64,000 nt of DNA from Raillietiella orientalis (taxonomy: Eukaryota), in NCBI GenBank assembly GCA_036172245.1, contig JAYWIR010000032.1:434001-498000 (forward strand), written 5' to 3'. The position numbers were made by a program, and so were the translations under genes. Under the pieces are notes generated by a model. That model saw only the letters and a list, made by a program, of their open reading frames with translations, made no database searches and was not told the DNA's origin. How positions within the stretch are numbered: position 1 is the stretch's first letter; each line of letters begins with the position of its first letter. Below are positions 10,900-23,599 of this stretch, one piece after another.

Positions 10900-12900
10900 C
10901 CATGGCTTTCGCGCGTTCTGAAACCCGCGAGAAGGAAGAAAGAAGCTTTCTTGAGCAGTGAGCAGATTTTAAAATTTCCAACTGATTTTACGTCCAGGTG
11001 GAGGTCATGGCCGCGCGCAGGACCCTCGTGCTCCGCAGCACCCAATATGAATCAAATTTCATCCGGTCTCAAGACATCTCGAATGGAGCGTGTTTTTTCC
11101 TCCTCACCCACCAATGAGAATGCTGCTTTCAAAAAGGTTCCATCACAGGCAATCCACGTGGAGGCCCATCCGGTAGGGAAAAGATGAATTTCACCGCTGA
11201 GTGATCGTTTCTCTTTACATCTCCTCCGCTGGTTCGCGCTCTGAAAGATCCTGGGTGCATGGAAGGTGAATCGAAGTCCACTCGGGATGTCGTCAGGAGC
11301 AAGGAAGGAATGTTTTCCAGCGTGAGTGAAAGGTGGGAAGAGGCGATGACAAGTCTTCCTCTACGTAGGAAGCTCCATTCCCCTTCAGGTGTGGGTTGCA
11401 GTGGTTGCGACTTGCCAAACGTCTCGCTGTTGTCTCGGCATGCGTGCTTCATGGCTCCTCTGAGATGTCTGGTTTGGGAACCGCGCCAGCGGAAACGAAT
11501 TCCTCCTACTGAGGGATCGCAAAAGAGAACTAGGATCAAGAGGGACCAGCATCACAAACAGAGGCAGTGAAGTCGAGAAAAGGCTGATTCTCTCATGGAG
11601 AACGCGAGCATCGACTCGCCACCGCACCTCGTCCAAACACGGATGCTTCGTCACAGGACATTTGCTAGACCATCGTGTTGAATGCGCCATGACGTAGCAT
11701 CCAGTGCAGCCATCGCCCACTGGGTGATCTCTGCTACCAGAGAGCTCATCGTTTGGCTTAAAGAGTTGGAGTTGTGGTTGAGTTTGAATTTGGGTCCAAT
11801 GCGTCCCAAACGAGATGTTTCTCCCAATGCCATATCGTCCTCTTGCTAGCTGGTCGGAGAGCTGATTTTCAGTCCGGCTGTCTCCTCCATCAGCCTGGGG
11901 GGGAGTAGCGCTAATCAGCGGGAAGCATTCAGTATCTCCAGGAAGAACATGGTGGCTGGAATTCGCTCATGCACGTGAACCACTGAATCCCTTAATGGTA
12001 AGGAGTGGAAGAGAGCATTTGTTTAAGGATGACTCTCAGCCTTTTCGAACGATTCACCCTTTCTAATTCTTTACGCATGGAAAAATGCGGACCGTTGGCT
12101 TCCTCGTGGGTTTCACTTCACAAATGAGATGCTACATGCTGTCTGATCTAATCGGTGGGCTCGTGTGGGACTGTTTCCTGGAGGATGCGCCTTTCTGATT
12201 TGCCGCCAACCGAATTTTAACTGAGTTTGAACCATCTTGGTATGCGCATCCGCATCTGACTACCAGATATTGCCCCAGGGTTTCTGACTACGCAGGGGTT
12301 TCTCTATGAATGGCAGCCTACTGCAACGCCATCTATCTCCCTATAAGTAAGCCCCTATAAGTAGCTTCCTTTGCAACAGAATGAGTTTCCATGATTATGC
12401 CACCCCGTTCTTCTTTGCTCAGAGAATTGCAAAACTGTCTCCCGATGTTCTATCACGGGGGGATCCTGTGCGGCACAAGAACTTGGCATTGGACCAGGAA
12501 CTCGACTGCCCCGCAGGCAGGAGACTTATGGGTTCCAGCTGTCCAGGTGTACATTTGGAGTGGGACTCCTCCAGGGACTACAAAGTAGTGAAGCAGGCAA
12601 TTGATGGTCATCTGGTATTGAAGATTCCCGCAAGGGCATCTTGATGGGACTTCTCAATAAAGGAATCGGGACACGAAACTGCTGCAAGGTGTCACCATGG
12701 AGCATCAGCTACGCCCTGAAAATGATCCAAGAAGCCGAAACGCAAGTGGCACTGGTACAGAGGGACATTAGTGACAGAGTGATATTCAGTGAACGATCCA
12801 TCCTTCCTCCCCCTCTATTCCTTCCTTTTTCCCCTTCCTGATCCCACATCCCCTCGAATTCTAATGCCAAATCTTTGCCGGTGAAGACATCAAAGAGACA
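10900..12900 (-). mobile_element. Degenerate RLE-type (Utopia/R2-like) non-LTR retrotransposon
   Basis: Frameshifted motifs in the expected order: DALAGIFN, LDSWNPISLL (WRPISL), SVPH-like, GLKI, CR..SET..NHC, LRPD. Confidence 0.5.
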
Positions 12901-14029
12901 GACCCAATGGACCGCACTGAATGTTGCGCCTCACTGAAATTTGCCTGGAACAGCCGCCCAGATAAGTGACTGGAGGATGATTGCCATTCTGCAGCACACG
13001 CGGACTGCGAGGGGTGCGTCCCCTTCCTACCGCGGTTTCGCTGCTTTGCTCACCGAGGTCCATGTGGAAAGGACAGAACATTCTTCGTGAAGCGCTTCGG
13101 ACGTGATGGACATCGGCTCTCTTTTTCCCTTTCCGCGAGGCGGTTGGACGGCTTGTGTTCAAAAATCATGTTTCCCGGTTGCCGGATCCAGGCCTTTTAA
13201 TGGACCTCCTTTCCGTTGCCCCAGAAAGAATCATGCTTTCCAGAACCCTACATCGTACAACAGTCCCCATACTTCACTCCGGTCTTGTTCTCAGCTTCAT
13301 GAACCAACTCCTCCTTGCAGGATTAATGCGACATCGCGAAACTCGAACTCACTGCGGGGACAACCAGATAACTGGTTCCCCCTAGCGTAAGAAAGAACCA
13401 AAGGAGGAACGGAGGAACGGAGTCGTCTTCTCCATCAGTGGCTGCCAGTGATATGATTGCAAGAAAACAAGGGTAGGGTCAGCGCGTCGAATGAAATGGA
13501 CTTTCTTTGCAAGCTGTTCTTGGTCCTTGGCAAGCTGATGGCATGAAGCCGTCTTATGTGGACGAGCGTTCCAGATTAAGTGCTGGGAAGGAAGGAAGCA
13601 ATGTCATGGAAACACCCTGAATCAGCCTGCAAGTAAAAATAGCTGATTCGAGAACTCTTCGGCGACCCGAAAACTCTAGACGCGGACTCCGTCGTAGTTG
13701 ACGTTGGCGACCTCTTCGTCTGTGTGCAGCAAGACAGACAGAGACAGAGACAGACCTCTTCGCACCTTGCGGGGTGAGTGACAGAGGCACGCGGAAGCGA
13801 CGACAGTCACTTCCGGTGAGACGACGGCACAAGACGCAGCCGTTTCTTCTGCGGCGTACCCCAAGCAGGCAACCACGAAGATGAGGTCCTCCGAAACGAG
13901 CAGTGACAGGATCCGAAACCATCTATGCGTTGCCAGGATGGAGCCGAATCTTCCAAAACACGTGCACGCCTGCGCCCACGTTTGGAGACCTCAGAGCTGG
14001 TGCTCACCTGATAAAGGAAGTATCACCTC

Positions 14030-14620
14030 CGGCCTCATCACGCGGCTGCGCAAAGTGGCATGGGGAATAGCACTGACTTCAGGACGCTCAGACTAAAGGG
14101 ATACCAAGACTTCCGCGTACATTCAGCATCGAGTCTAAGGGCATTTGCTATACAAGGGACGCGATCTTAGGTTCGCAGATGGCGAGGTCATCCACGTGGA
14201 CCCGATTGAACCTCCTGCCTGTATGACAGCTTGCTCTAGGGAGGTGGCTGACCGAACGTGAGCCCGGGGCAGAACTGCTCCTTCATCGCATCTCCAGCCG
14301 CCAAACGACGATCGCCGTGTGTCGTGGTGGTATCCAGTGGAGCCACTCAAAAAGGATACCCTGCAACAGTGGAAACCGCTGCATACCAGGGGATGATGTC
14401 AGCTTGGAACCCCCCATCGGTGCATCAGGGAGGAGAGACGCTCTCCTCCCTGATGCACCGATTATACTAGACGTGGTACCCCCGCTCCAGCACTTCGCCA
14501 TCCCGAAGAGCCACTGGCGATCGCCATCGCCTCCTACGTGCTCAAGGAGCGCTCCTCCGGAACGAACCAGTCGGGAGAAAGTGAGGTTCAGGGGAATCTT
14601 CGAACGCTCGTGAGCACCTC
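14030..14620 (+). mobile_element. Utopia-like 3' fragment, copy A
   Basis: GRDLRFAD..IH../TRLNLLPV (frameshifted) and IILDVVPP. Closely similar to 57190-57800. Confidence 0.75.
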
Positions 14621-15395
14621 CTCCTTCGTATCCTATCCCTTCCCTGCCCCATGTAGACCATGGAAGTCGAGCGGAATACCATATGACTGATCCATACCAG
14701 TTCAGGGAATACCATATGACTGGTTCCCTACTTATCCATCCCTACTGCCACTGTCTCCACTCCTCTCTGGTTCTGACCCCTGAGAGGGAGGTCCCTTTGG
14801 GCTTGACTTTTGTTTTCCTTTCTTTCAGATGCGGTTGCCTCTGGCCTTCTAGATGGAGGAGATAGCAACGCAAATGATGGCCTGCCGTCGGCACGAGTGA
14901 GACTCCAGAGAGTAGCGGATGCCGCTGCTGCCTCATGACCGTTGAGGTCACGGTCTCGAACGAGAGGAACCGACGCAGCAGTTCAGTCCGCATGCCCCCC
15001 GGATGCAGGAGCGCCGACTCCAACCGCTTCTCACAGACGAAGGAGGACCGTTGCAGACGTGAGGACCCCGGTGCAAGAACAGCACCACGCCGTCTTGAAG
15101 CCTGAACGGAAGCTCCGAAGCAGAAGGCTGTAAACACCTGTGGACGTGTCGCTCGGACCAGAGTAGAACCGCCTTCTCCTGCCGAACACCTCTCCAAGGT
15201 CTCCGATGGATTGTCTGCACAACCGATTGCCGGCAGGCGCGACCAATTGGTGTCGAGGATCGAGAAGGCTACCCGGAAACATTGCGGGCCGTTGATCTTC
15301 AGCCGGCTCGTCCCTGGGACGGATCCCGATCCCGAGCTTGGATCGAGACCACTAATTGCGCCGGATGCCTCCTGCCCTTTGGGGAACAAGCGAAG

Positions 15396-15515
15396 ATAGG
15401 TTAAGGTAGGGAGTAGGGTGAGGTAGGTTAGGTTGGGTGGATTATGTAGGTAGAGGGTAGGGTAGGGTAGGTTAGGTAAGCTAGGCACGTTAGGTTATTT
15501 ACGTTAGGTTAGGTA
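15396..15515 (+). repeat. Degenerate (TTAGG/TAGG/TAGGG)n tract, interstitial telomere-like
   Basis: TAGGTTAAGGTAGGGAGTAGGGTGAGGTAGGTTAGGTTGGG..GTAGGGTAGGGTAGGTTAGGTAAG..TTAGGTTAGGTA. Confidence 0.7.
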
Positions 15516-15539
15516 TGTTACGTTTAGTTTTTCTTCAGA

Positions 15540-15965
15540 CGCCGCAAGCAGAGGAGATATTTGCGAAGTGGCCCTCTGTTGCGTTCCCGAAGGAGACTGT
15601 TTTCGTGGAACCCGGAGGGACGAAGGAACCAAATGTCTTTTGGCGACGGAAGCAGCGCCTCAGCGGAAGAGACGGCATGCCTCAGGTATGGGGTCAGGTT
15701 GCACACCGTAAACGTCGGTCGGACCATCGCCCGCAGCAAACTGACCTCTCAAATGTTTTGGGATGCAGCTGTATGGAGAAAGAGTGCTTCAAGCATCAGG
15801 GACCCTTGAGTTTCCTCCTTCATCTGTCCTCAGTTCCCGTGTGATCGATCCTTTTGTCTTTCCTCCAGGTTGTAGCTTGGATCTGTGCATCTCTCGAGCG
15901 CATTCTCCTCGTTACGTGCCCGCGAGTTCTCGATGCCTCCTCTGTTGTTTTAATATCCCGGTCCA
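15540..15965 (+). mobile_element. Probable L1/Tx1-like 3' end fragment
   Basis: Weak C-terminal FW..W signature, pyrimidine-rich UTR, ends in AATATCCCGG like the other family ends. Confidence 0.35.
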
Positions 15966-16449
15966 GTTTGCGTTTTTACTGATATTTTTATAGCTGGCGA
16001 AATCTTCCAGACCCCATCTGAAAGCACGAGCTCTTCATCCTCGATGCACGCATTCCATCTGCTAGTCGGCTGCAAAGTCCTTCCCCACTCCTTCTTCTCA
16101 GGGAATGAGTCTCTGGGAATCTTCAAATGGAACGCTTGCGTCCATCATTTCTTCGTTTTATGAGTCTTTCGAAGCGGTGTCACGCATGAAGTTTGGATGC
16201 AGGGTGCATCGGTAGAGGATTCGCTCGTCCCCTACTGTTATCCCGGAACGCTACCGGTTCTCATCAACACGGGAGATCATCTTCTTGCACTAATAGGTCC
16301 CGTGACACCTGTTTCACGCTGAATGCTCCGGCCTTCGTCGGGAGGATAGGGAAGGGGGGAGGGAGAGAGAAGAATTTTTATCACGTGGATTCGTCTCTCA
16401 TTGTTTCTTCTTTTGACGCCAACAACCGGGATGCGGTGCTCATGACGCG

Positions 16450-17250
16450 TTTCGACGTGAGAGGCCATCCTGGCTGTTGGCTGCACCCCGAGTTCGCATG
16501 CTGTCTCAAGGGAGATCCCTTCCAGGCGGCGTCTGGTCAACGTGGACGTCACGGGAGCTCGGTTTCCACGAGCCGGTGCGTTGCTTTCGTCTCGTCGATG
16601 TGGCCGGCGGTGGACGCGCTGAGAGCACCAGTGGCTCGTGATGTCCAAGATGGAAAAAACCTTCTCGAGATGCTCGCGGAGATTTCCGCATCCCCGCGGC
16701 GTTCGCACGCGAGCAATGAGACACGCCAGTGGCATCTGGCAGCCGATCTGCAAAGTTACAGGAAAATGGCGGATCCTCTCCGAGACCCAGGTCAACCCAG
16801 GTTCCAATGGCGCGGCCGTCGTCAGCTGCCTTGCAGAGATGTCCTTCCAGGTCCTTTCCCTTCCCACGGGGGGCTGGGCGGCTCGGGCGCAAGAAGTGCT
16901 GCAACCCCTGGCTGAGGGGCGCATACGTTTGGACGAGGCCCCCGTGGCGAGGAGGGTCGATAGGTGGTCCCTTGTTTGGCCTCTTCTGGACTTGGAATCC
17001 AGCCCGTTGTCCGTTCTGGCGGCGAGTGGCAGGAACCGCCTCCCTCCAGGTGGACCACTTCAAGGACCTCCTCACCCCGGGGTGCGCCTCCTCCAGCATC
17101 CACGGCATCGAGGAGCTGACCCGACGGTGCGAAGGTGAGCCAAGCAGCCAGGGGAGGCATCGCTCATGTCTCCAGTATCGGGGTCCTTCCCTCCCCGTAT
17201 TCTTTATTTTCCCTGTCCCAGCCCTGTTATAATCCCTGTAATAATACTAC
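16450..17250 (+). mobile_element. Probable L1/Tx1-like ORF2 3' fragment
   Basis: Degenerate zinc-knuckle-like stretch and pyrimidine-rich tail; GCCAGGGGAGG segment shared with 17840-17855(-). Confidence 0.35.
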
Positions 17251-17779
17251 TGTTAACCCTTTGAGTGCTATGGACGCACCTATGAGTCTGGCAAATGTTT
17301 TCCTTACCTTATCCTCAAAAGCTAACCCTACCAATGCTCGAGATGGGCACATGCACTTAGAATCTTAGAATCCCCTTAATAACACGATGGTAAAGGAAAA
17401 CTCTGTTTATATCGAGTAACTGTTCCTTTTTTTTCTCGGTGTCGTACAGAATTATAGTTTTTCATCTTTGTGACTCCTTAAAAATGTGAACGACTCATTG
17501 ATTTTACTCGAATTATGATCATAATTTTTAAACTCATACTATACGTTTGGGACAGATGAAAATATTATATTTAATGTAGTGTAAAGAAACGCTTTATGAA
17601 GTCAACCGGTGCCTCGACAGAGCACGCGGTACGCGAAAGAGCGTTCCGTCCACGGAGGTCGCAGCTGCCACTCGCGTACCGTCGACACAGAACGTTTGAA
17701 TTTGATGGCCTCCGCACCCAAACGGTTAGCAATTATGCACGTTAATCGAGTATGTGTGTTCGAATAGAGTTACACTTGA

Positions 17780-18120
17780 ATGACTTTTCCCGGTGACCGT
17801 TGGCCCTCGAACGTCGACCACGCACCAGAACTTCAGGAAGGGTCCTCCCTGGCCTCTGGAGCTCCTTCGCCACAGGCTGGCCTGCAGGGGTTGCCATTCA
17901 CCACCGCTGGGATCTGCCTGGAGCATCTGCCGGGGCAGACTCTCCAGGCGAGCTCGGGACACGAGCCGTTTCCACGCGCGCACACTATCGCGACTCTCCC
18001 TCTGCTCGCTGGAACCTGCTGACCTGTGACGACGGAGCGCCGAGGTTAGGGAAGACCCCGTCTTGGAGTTCTGGAGCGTGGTCGACGCTCGAGAGCCAGA
18101 GGTCTCCGGGACAAGCCATG
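17780..18120. repeat. Imperfect inverted repeat (~110 bp arms) made of two Tx1-like C-terminal fragments
   Basis: 17780-17890 is approximately the reverse complement of 18010-18120. The arms encode PFLKFWCVVDVR (-) and PVLEFWSVVDAR (+). Confidence 0.75.
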
Positions 18121-18599
18121 CGTTCCTCATCCCTGTTAGCGGATGCCGGCTTCCCTGGTTGCCACCGCTCTGCCACCCATAGCAACCAACACCTTTCATG
18201 GGACATAATAAGCATCGCAGCGGGTGTCGTAACCCAGCGTTTGGTTCATCCAACAGAGGCAGCTCGTTTTTTTGATCCTGGACTTCTTAGAATCTTTTTG
18301 GCTTCCGGATCCTCTCTTGTTGTTGAGATCATGATGAACTCCGGGTTACGATGGAGGAGTCGAAAGGATCTCCGTCTGCACGCGCCGCGCCGAACTCACC
18401 CCGAGCCGCCTCCAGCTGCACCTGCCAGGAGACGGTCCCGTTTCAGCATCCATCCACTTAACCCATCTGGAACCTGCCTCCGCGGTGACTTCCAGACCAC
18501 TCCTCTCAGAATGCCTGCTGGTGCACGGAAGGCCGCATTCTCGACGAGGCGCGACTTGGCCGGCTGTCGCTCTCCGACTGCCCCATCGTGCAAGTATCG

Positions 18600-20170
18600 A
18601 CCTCCTCAGGGAAACCACAAGATCGTGGCTGGAGGCCTCATTCCCTTTTCTCGTTAGCTGCATGTGGAGCCGCGTCGTCACGAAAGACTTTGAGACGTCA
18701 CGGTGTTCCGGAATGGACTCCCCCTCGCCCTAGCTGGAACTCGTGGAGACAGGGATCTCGTTTCGCTTCTGGCGTCATCGGGGGAGAAAGAATCGATCTT
18801 CGTTCGACTCCCTTCCCAAAGTCTCCCTCCTCATCATCTTCAGCTTTCCTGTCCTCTGCGAGTTCCGAACCTGCCACGGAGGTTCGCGCAACTCTCCTTC
18901 CGCGAGTGCATCGAACGGCACACCGATTTCTTGGTGGAAATGAAGCGCGAAGCAGACTTTCACCAGATGACATTGGATGCTGCGGACGGGATCGAAACGC
19001 GAAGACTGGCAACGCGGGGTAAAAGGGCGGATGAGAATAGATGATCGCCCATCATGTGCAAACGAGAATAGATGACGCGCCGGTGGTAGAGCAGCCCAAC
19101 CTACTGGGGCTGCTTCGCGAGCCATTTGGCGTCATCTTCCAACGAACGGAAGCTGTGTAAGAATGGAGTATCCTCGGTCCGCAGAGAGATCCTCCACTTT
19201 ACAGTCCAGGCAATCCGGAACGAGCATCTCAGCAACCCTTAAGGTTCCTTAATCTTATGAGAAACCCTTAGGTTAGGATGGTCACGTGTCACGCGCTTCT
19301 TCCCGATGCAACGCGATCCCGCTGTTCCAAGGATCACAGGCTGTGTAGAGTGTGGATGCTCCTTTGAAATTCCCACAGCTGCCAAGAGAGGGCGCAGAAG
19401 GCGTTTGGATTGGAGGAAGTCTTCAGTAGGTTCAACCACCGCCCAATGGCTTCTCATGATCAAGATGCTTCTGATAAACAAAAGATTTCGAATAGGCAAA
19501 GGAGCCAAAATCGTATAGAGGATTCTTAGTCACCCCTCAAACCCTTGCGCATCCCAAGAAGATCTAGGAAACAGATGGGGAGTTGTTGTCGGTGCCAGAA
19601 ATCGGACGAGACTCTGCAAGCATTCTGAAGCATTGCTTGAGACGGTCTTCGACCCTGTACCAGAAGGCTCAATGCCCTGCAGCAACGTCATAAAGAAGGC
19701 GATGCACGGACGATGGGGAATGCTGACCAGCGACCCTGGCCAAACTTGTAAGGGTACCGTCGTTTGCGACCTGACCTCGTCCCGAGGAAAATGGTCATTC
19801 TACTCCAAGACGCTGCCCATTCGAAATCACAACGGCAGCGCTGGAAAAGGGAACATGTTCGTGCTGCAACCGCGCCTTTCAATCTTCCCACCATCTCCTC
19901 GACCCAAGCACCATTCGAGGCGACTGTCATCGGCCTGTTGGGCGATGCTTTGAAAGAGCTCCAAATCCCAAGAACGAAACAATTCTGTTTGCCGAGTGGA
20001 TGGAGGGATCGAGGAGAATGAAGCGAGAAGGATTCCTGACCGTTCGTCCTGTCTTGCCCATCTTTTCGCACAGTCAGCATGTATCGTTTCCAGGAATCTT
20101 CCTTCCTCAGCGGTGGTACCAGCTCTTCCCAGGCGTCAGTATTCTGGCATCTTCTCGGGAGAATATTATA
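18600..20170 (+). mobile_element. Degenerate RLE-type (Utopia-like) non-LTR retrotransposon
   Basis: ECIERHTDFL (GCxEHxF-like), CCRCQKSDETL..LKHC, LRPDLV, PFEITTAALEK, VIGLLG in order. Confidence 0.65.
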
Positions 20171-20479
20171 ATCTAAGGATGCAGCATGCATCGCAGCCAT
20201 ACCGAATGTTAGGAGCAACCATCGAGGTAGCTGATCTGCACCAACGAAGAAAGAAGACTATCTTTCTCCTTGCCATCTCGATGGCGCGGAAAAGGGCGCA
20301 GTGAACTCGACAGAGATGAATAGCAAAGGAGGAAAGACGTAGGCCCCATGACCCGTTCTCCTCCCTCATTGCTTATATTTGTTTCGGTTAACGCCCAGGA
20401 TGGACCGAGTGAAAGCCGAAGTTCCTTGGGAAACGTTCAGCACCGTGAGGCGGTACAATCCCACCCCTACTTAGGTCAT

Positions 20480-20640
20480 TTGTTTACTCGTCCATCCCCT
20501 CCAGCCTCCAGTCGCTCCCAAGCCAAGTTCCCAGTAAGGTTCGAATCCTTTCGTCTCGGGTCTGCAAACGTCGGACCCTTCCTCATTGTATTTCGCTTAT
20601 TTATTTGCTTTTCAAGTAAATGACCCGGCACACCCGGAGT
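20480..20640 (+). mobile_element. L1/Tx1-like 3' UTR end
   Basis: AGGTTCGAATCCTTTCG..T-rich..AGTAAATGACCCGGCACACCCGG parallels 6437-6522. Confidence 0.45.
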
Positions 20641-22169
20641 GAAGAAGCCGAATTCCGTTTCCACTCGCGAGATTGTGCCCCGAGAGAGGCAGCTGCGAGA
20701 CTTCAGGGGCTGCCTCCCGCCCTGCACTCATCCTTTCGCCGAAGCAAACACCTTCCCCGGAGAAAATGCGGCTCCCGCAGTTTCCTGTTCTCGGTCTGGA
20801 TTTCCAAAGAGACCTTTTACTTCTCGTAGATGGTGCCGAGCCAGAAATATTTTAGGGAAGAACGTCACACTTTCCACAACTGTGCTGCATCAAAAAATGC
20901 CTAGCAACGGTATCTGAGGAACCTGTTCCTGGGTCGGATCTTATTTATGGCTGGAGGCATCCTTCTCTTCGATTCCGTCGTCCTTGCTCAGTGCCATTCG
21001 CTCTTTCCGGCTCGCAGCTATTAGGTGTCCGTTCTTCTTCGTGTTTTGTTCTTCTCCTCGGGCGTCGACGTTTCAATTTCCTGAGGCCACCCGCCGCTTC
21101 GTAAGCTGTCCGGCTGCTCCCACAAGGAACGGCGAGGTCGCCCTTTACGACCTCGGACGTCCGTCGAGTCTTTCTCGAGCTCCAAAGGTACCCTGCGAGG
21201 TCGAGAGCTCCCCTCGGTCCGGAAGGGATGCCATCTCCCGCAGCACGTGGGTCGGCTAGCGTGCACTATATCACGGAGGCTGCTTTACCCCCCTCCTCCA
21301 CTCCCCTCCCTCCCCGCGGCGCGCTCGGCGTGCCAACCCAGGGAGACGGAACGCGCCCAAGTCATGACGGGCTCTCCGCGGTCTTCCCGAGAGCGCTTTG
21401 TCGTCAGCGAAGCGTATCTTCCCGTATCGATTTTCTTCCCCCGCACGGCAGTTGCAGCAGCAGCAGCAACAGCAGCACGTGGGGGAAGATCGGGCATCTT
21501 CCCGCCTCTCGGCGGCCCTCGGTGGTGGAGTGCTCTTTCCTCCGCCTCCGCGCTCGCTCGGGAGGGGGGGGGGAACCTCGCCGCGGAAACCTCGCTTCGA
21601 CGACGCTTCCCCTTTCTGGTCGGGAGAATCGGGAATCTCAAGGAGACCACGTGAGAACAACGGGCGGATGATTGCCAGACTCGCGGATCGAGGGCTTGGA
21701 GTCACTTCCGGTTCCTCCTGCGGGAACCAGTGCTCGGAATTTCCGCCCGCTCGCGTCCGGTCTCCTGGTCTCTCCCGCCCGTTGGCAGCCACCCCCCCCT
21801 CCCAACTGTTTCACTTCCTGTGCGGGGCTGGGGCAGGGTCCCTTCCTTCGGCAGGACCCCTGCGGAAGGACGGTGCAGGAATCGCAACAATGGGGGGCGG
21901 CTGCCTCACCGGATACCACCACTCCGAGAATTTTTGCCGTCCCCGCATGGTCCAAGGCGTGACCTCGGTCGGATGTGTGGATGAGCATCGGAAGATCAAG
22001 AGGCTCTTCCCATCCTCCGATCTACATATCCTTTTTTTTTTTTTTTTTTTCAACAAAAACAAAAAAAAACCTTTCGCTTCCCGATTTGCACGCGAGAAGT
22101 CCGTCAGTGGGAACTCTGGACACCCTGGCAACCGCTCCGACCCTCCCTTACGTCCACTCGGACGGCGGC

Positions 22170-22310
22170 AGTCCCTGGAACTTGCTGGAAGGATCCTGGA
22201 GGGTCGACTCCCAATCCTGGCCACTCATCGGGGGCACTCAGCTTAAACCGCTACCAGCGCCGTTTCCGATGATGGGCCAACCAACGTCATCTTGCGGGAG
22301 GAACTCTGAC
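22170..22310 (+). repeat. Dispersed repeat family Y, copy 1 (L1-like ORF1 remnant)
   Basis: CTGGAAGGATCCTGGAGGGTCGACTCCCAATCCTGGCCACTCATCGGGGGCA is shared with 24100-24190(-) and 32140-32260(+). Confidence 0.65.
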
Positions 22311-23599
22311 CCACAGCGGATCTCCATCTCACGGCGTCGATTCCTTTCGAGTATTCGAACCCGCGATCCCCGGTGACCCTCTCAGAGACCGCAACCACGT
22401 GGCCTCCGACGCGAGCAACGGCAGCGGCGGCGTTCGGGCACGTGCGCGGGGAATCTGGACGTGAGCAGCGTCGCCAGGCAACGCGGCCCCCTGCGACGGG
22501 AGAGAGACTCGCAGAAGCCGAGAAGGCACCGGGGTCTCCAGGAGCTGGCGAGCGCGGTTGCCTTCCGGGAGACATTAATTTTTCTTTCGCCGGCTCCTGG
22601 CTACCACGAAGAAGGGCGATCCATCTCCGGAGCTTGACAAAACCAAGATTGTTTTCTCACATGGTTTCCCTGCAGATTTGTGCGATTCTCCTGCTGGAAG
22701 TGCGGATCCTTCGTCCCGATGTGCTCCGAAAGCATTCTTGGCCAATTATCCGAGCCAGTGGAGTACGTCAGCATCGATTTTCCGATCCACAGGAAGGTTT
22801 CTTCCGAAGACAAAGCAGTCCGCGGATGTCCGCGATGGAGAAATATCGGCTGCTACTGCTGCTGCGTGGAAACCGAAGATAAAGTGCTCCGGGACTCGGT
22901 TCGGTGCGTCCGCGAATGCCGGCGCGAACCTGCCGGTCTCGAGGAGCGTCTTGCGCGCCGCCCGTTCCGGAACCGGCCGCTAGATGTCAGGACGCGTGAG
23001 GACCGCACTCCAAGCGAACCGGGGAGAACCCTAGAAGGCCGTGCCGGCGAGCTCTGGAGGCTGATTTGAGACATCAAGAGCCACCCACTTGCCCGATGAA
23101 GGGCTGTCGCGGGATCGCGACGCATAGGGAGAATCCCCGAAACGTCACATGGAGGGGAGCGAGGGTTTCCTGGCAAAGGCGGGAGTGGTGAGCCACGGGA
23201 GAACGGGGTGAGTCCCCTGGTGGAGGATGGGACAGGGAGGATCGGTGAAGGCGTGGAAAAGAGACCAAACCTCCTGAGGAAAAAACGAAAACCACGAAGC
23301 AGACGTTCACTTTTTTTTTTTCTTCTCTGGCTGGTGCCATCAGTCCCTGCGAGCAGCTTCAAACACGTCCCTGGCCTACGAAAAAAGGATCGAGTTGGAA
23401 ACGGTTGAAAAGCAAACCTTTCGGCGAAACAAGGAATCCTGATGCAGCAGCAGCAGCAGCAGAGCTCGGAGGAACCCGAATGCAATGAACATGGAGTAAG
23501 CTGAGTCCACTAGCAGTGGACGTGAAAATATTTTACCAACGTCTTCGAGGGGGGGGGGGAGTTCCAACAAACTTCTGCTGAATCCCGCTGCTGCCATAG

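Noticed and set aside
14742..15488. 248-aa minus-strand ORF
   Set aside because: It starts inside the TTAGG tract and has no recognisable domain.
20538..20552. GGTTCGAATCC tRNA B-box-like motif
   Set aside because: No cloverleaf or A box; it lies in a retroelement 3' UTR.
21228..22246. Long overlapping ORFs (up to 282 aa) including a poly-Q
   Set aside because: GC-rich, low-complexity, open in many frames and crossing T/A homopolymers; the poly-Q is a CAG microsatellite.
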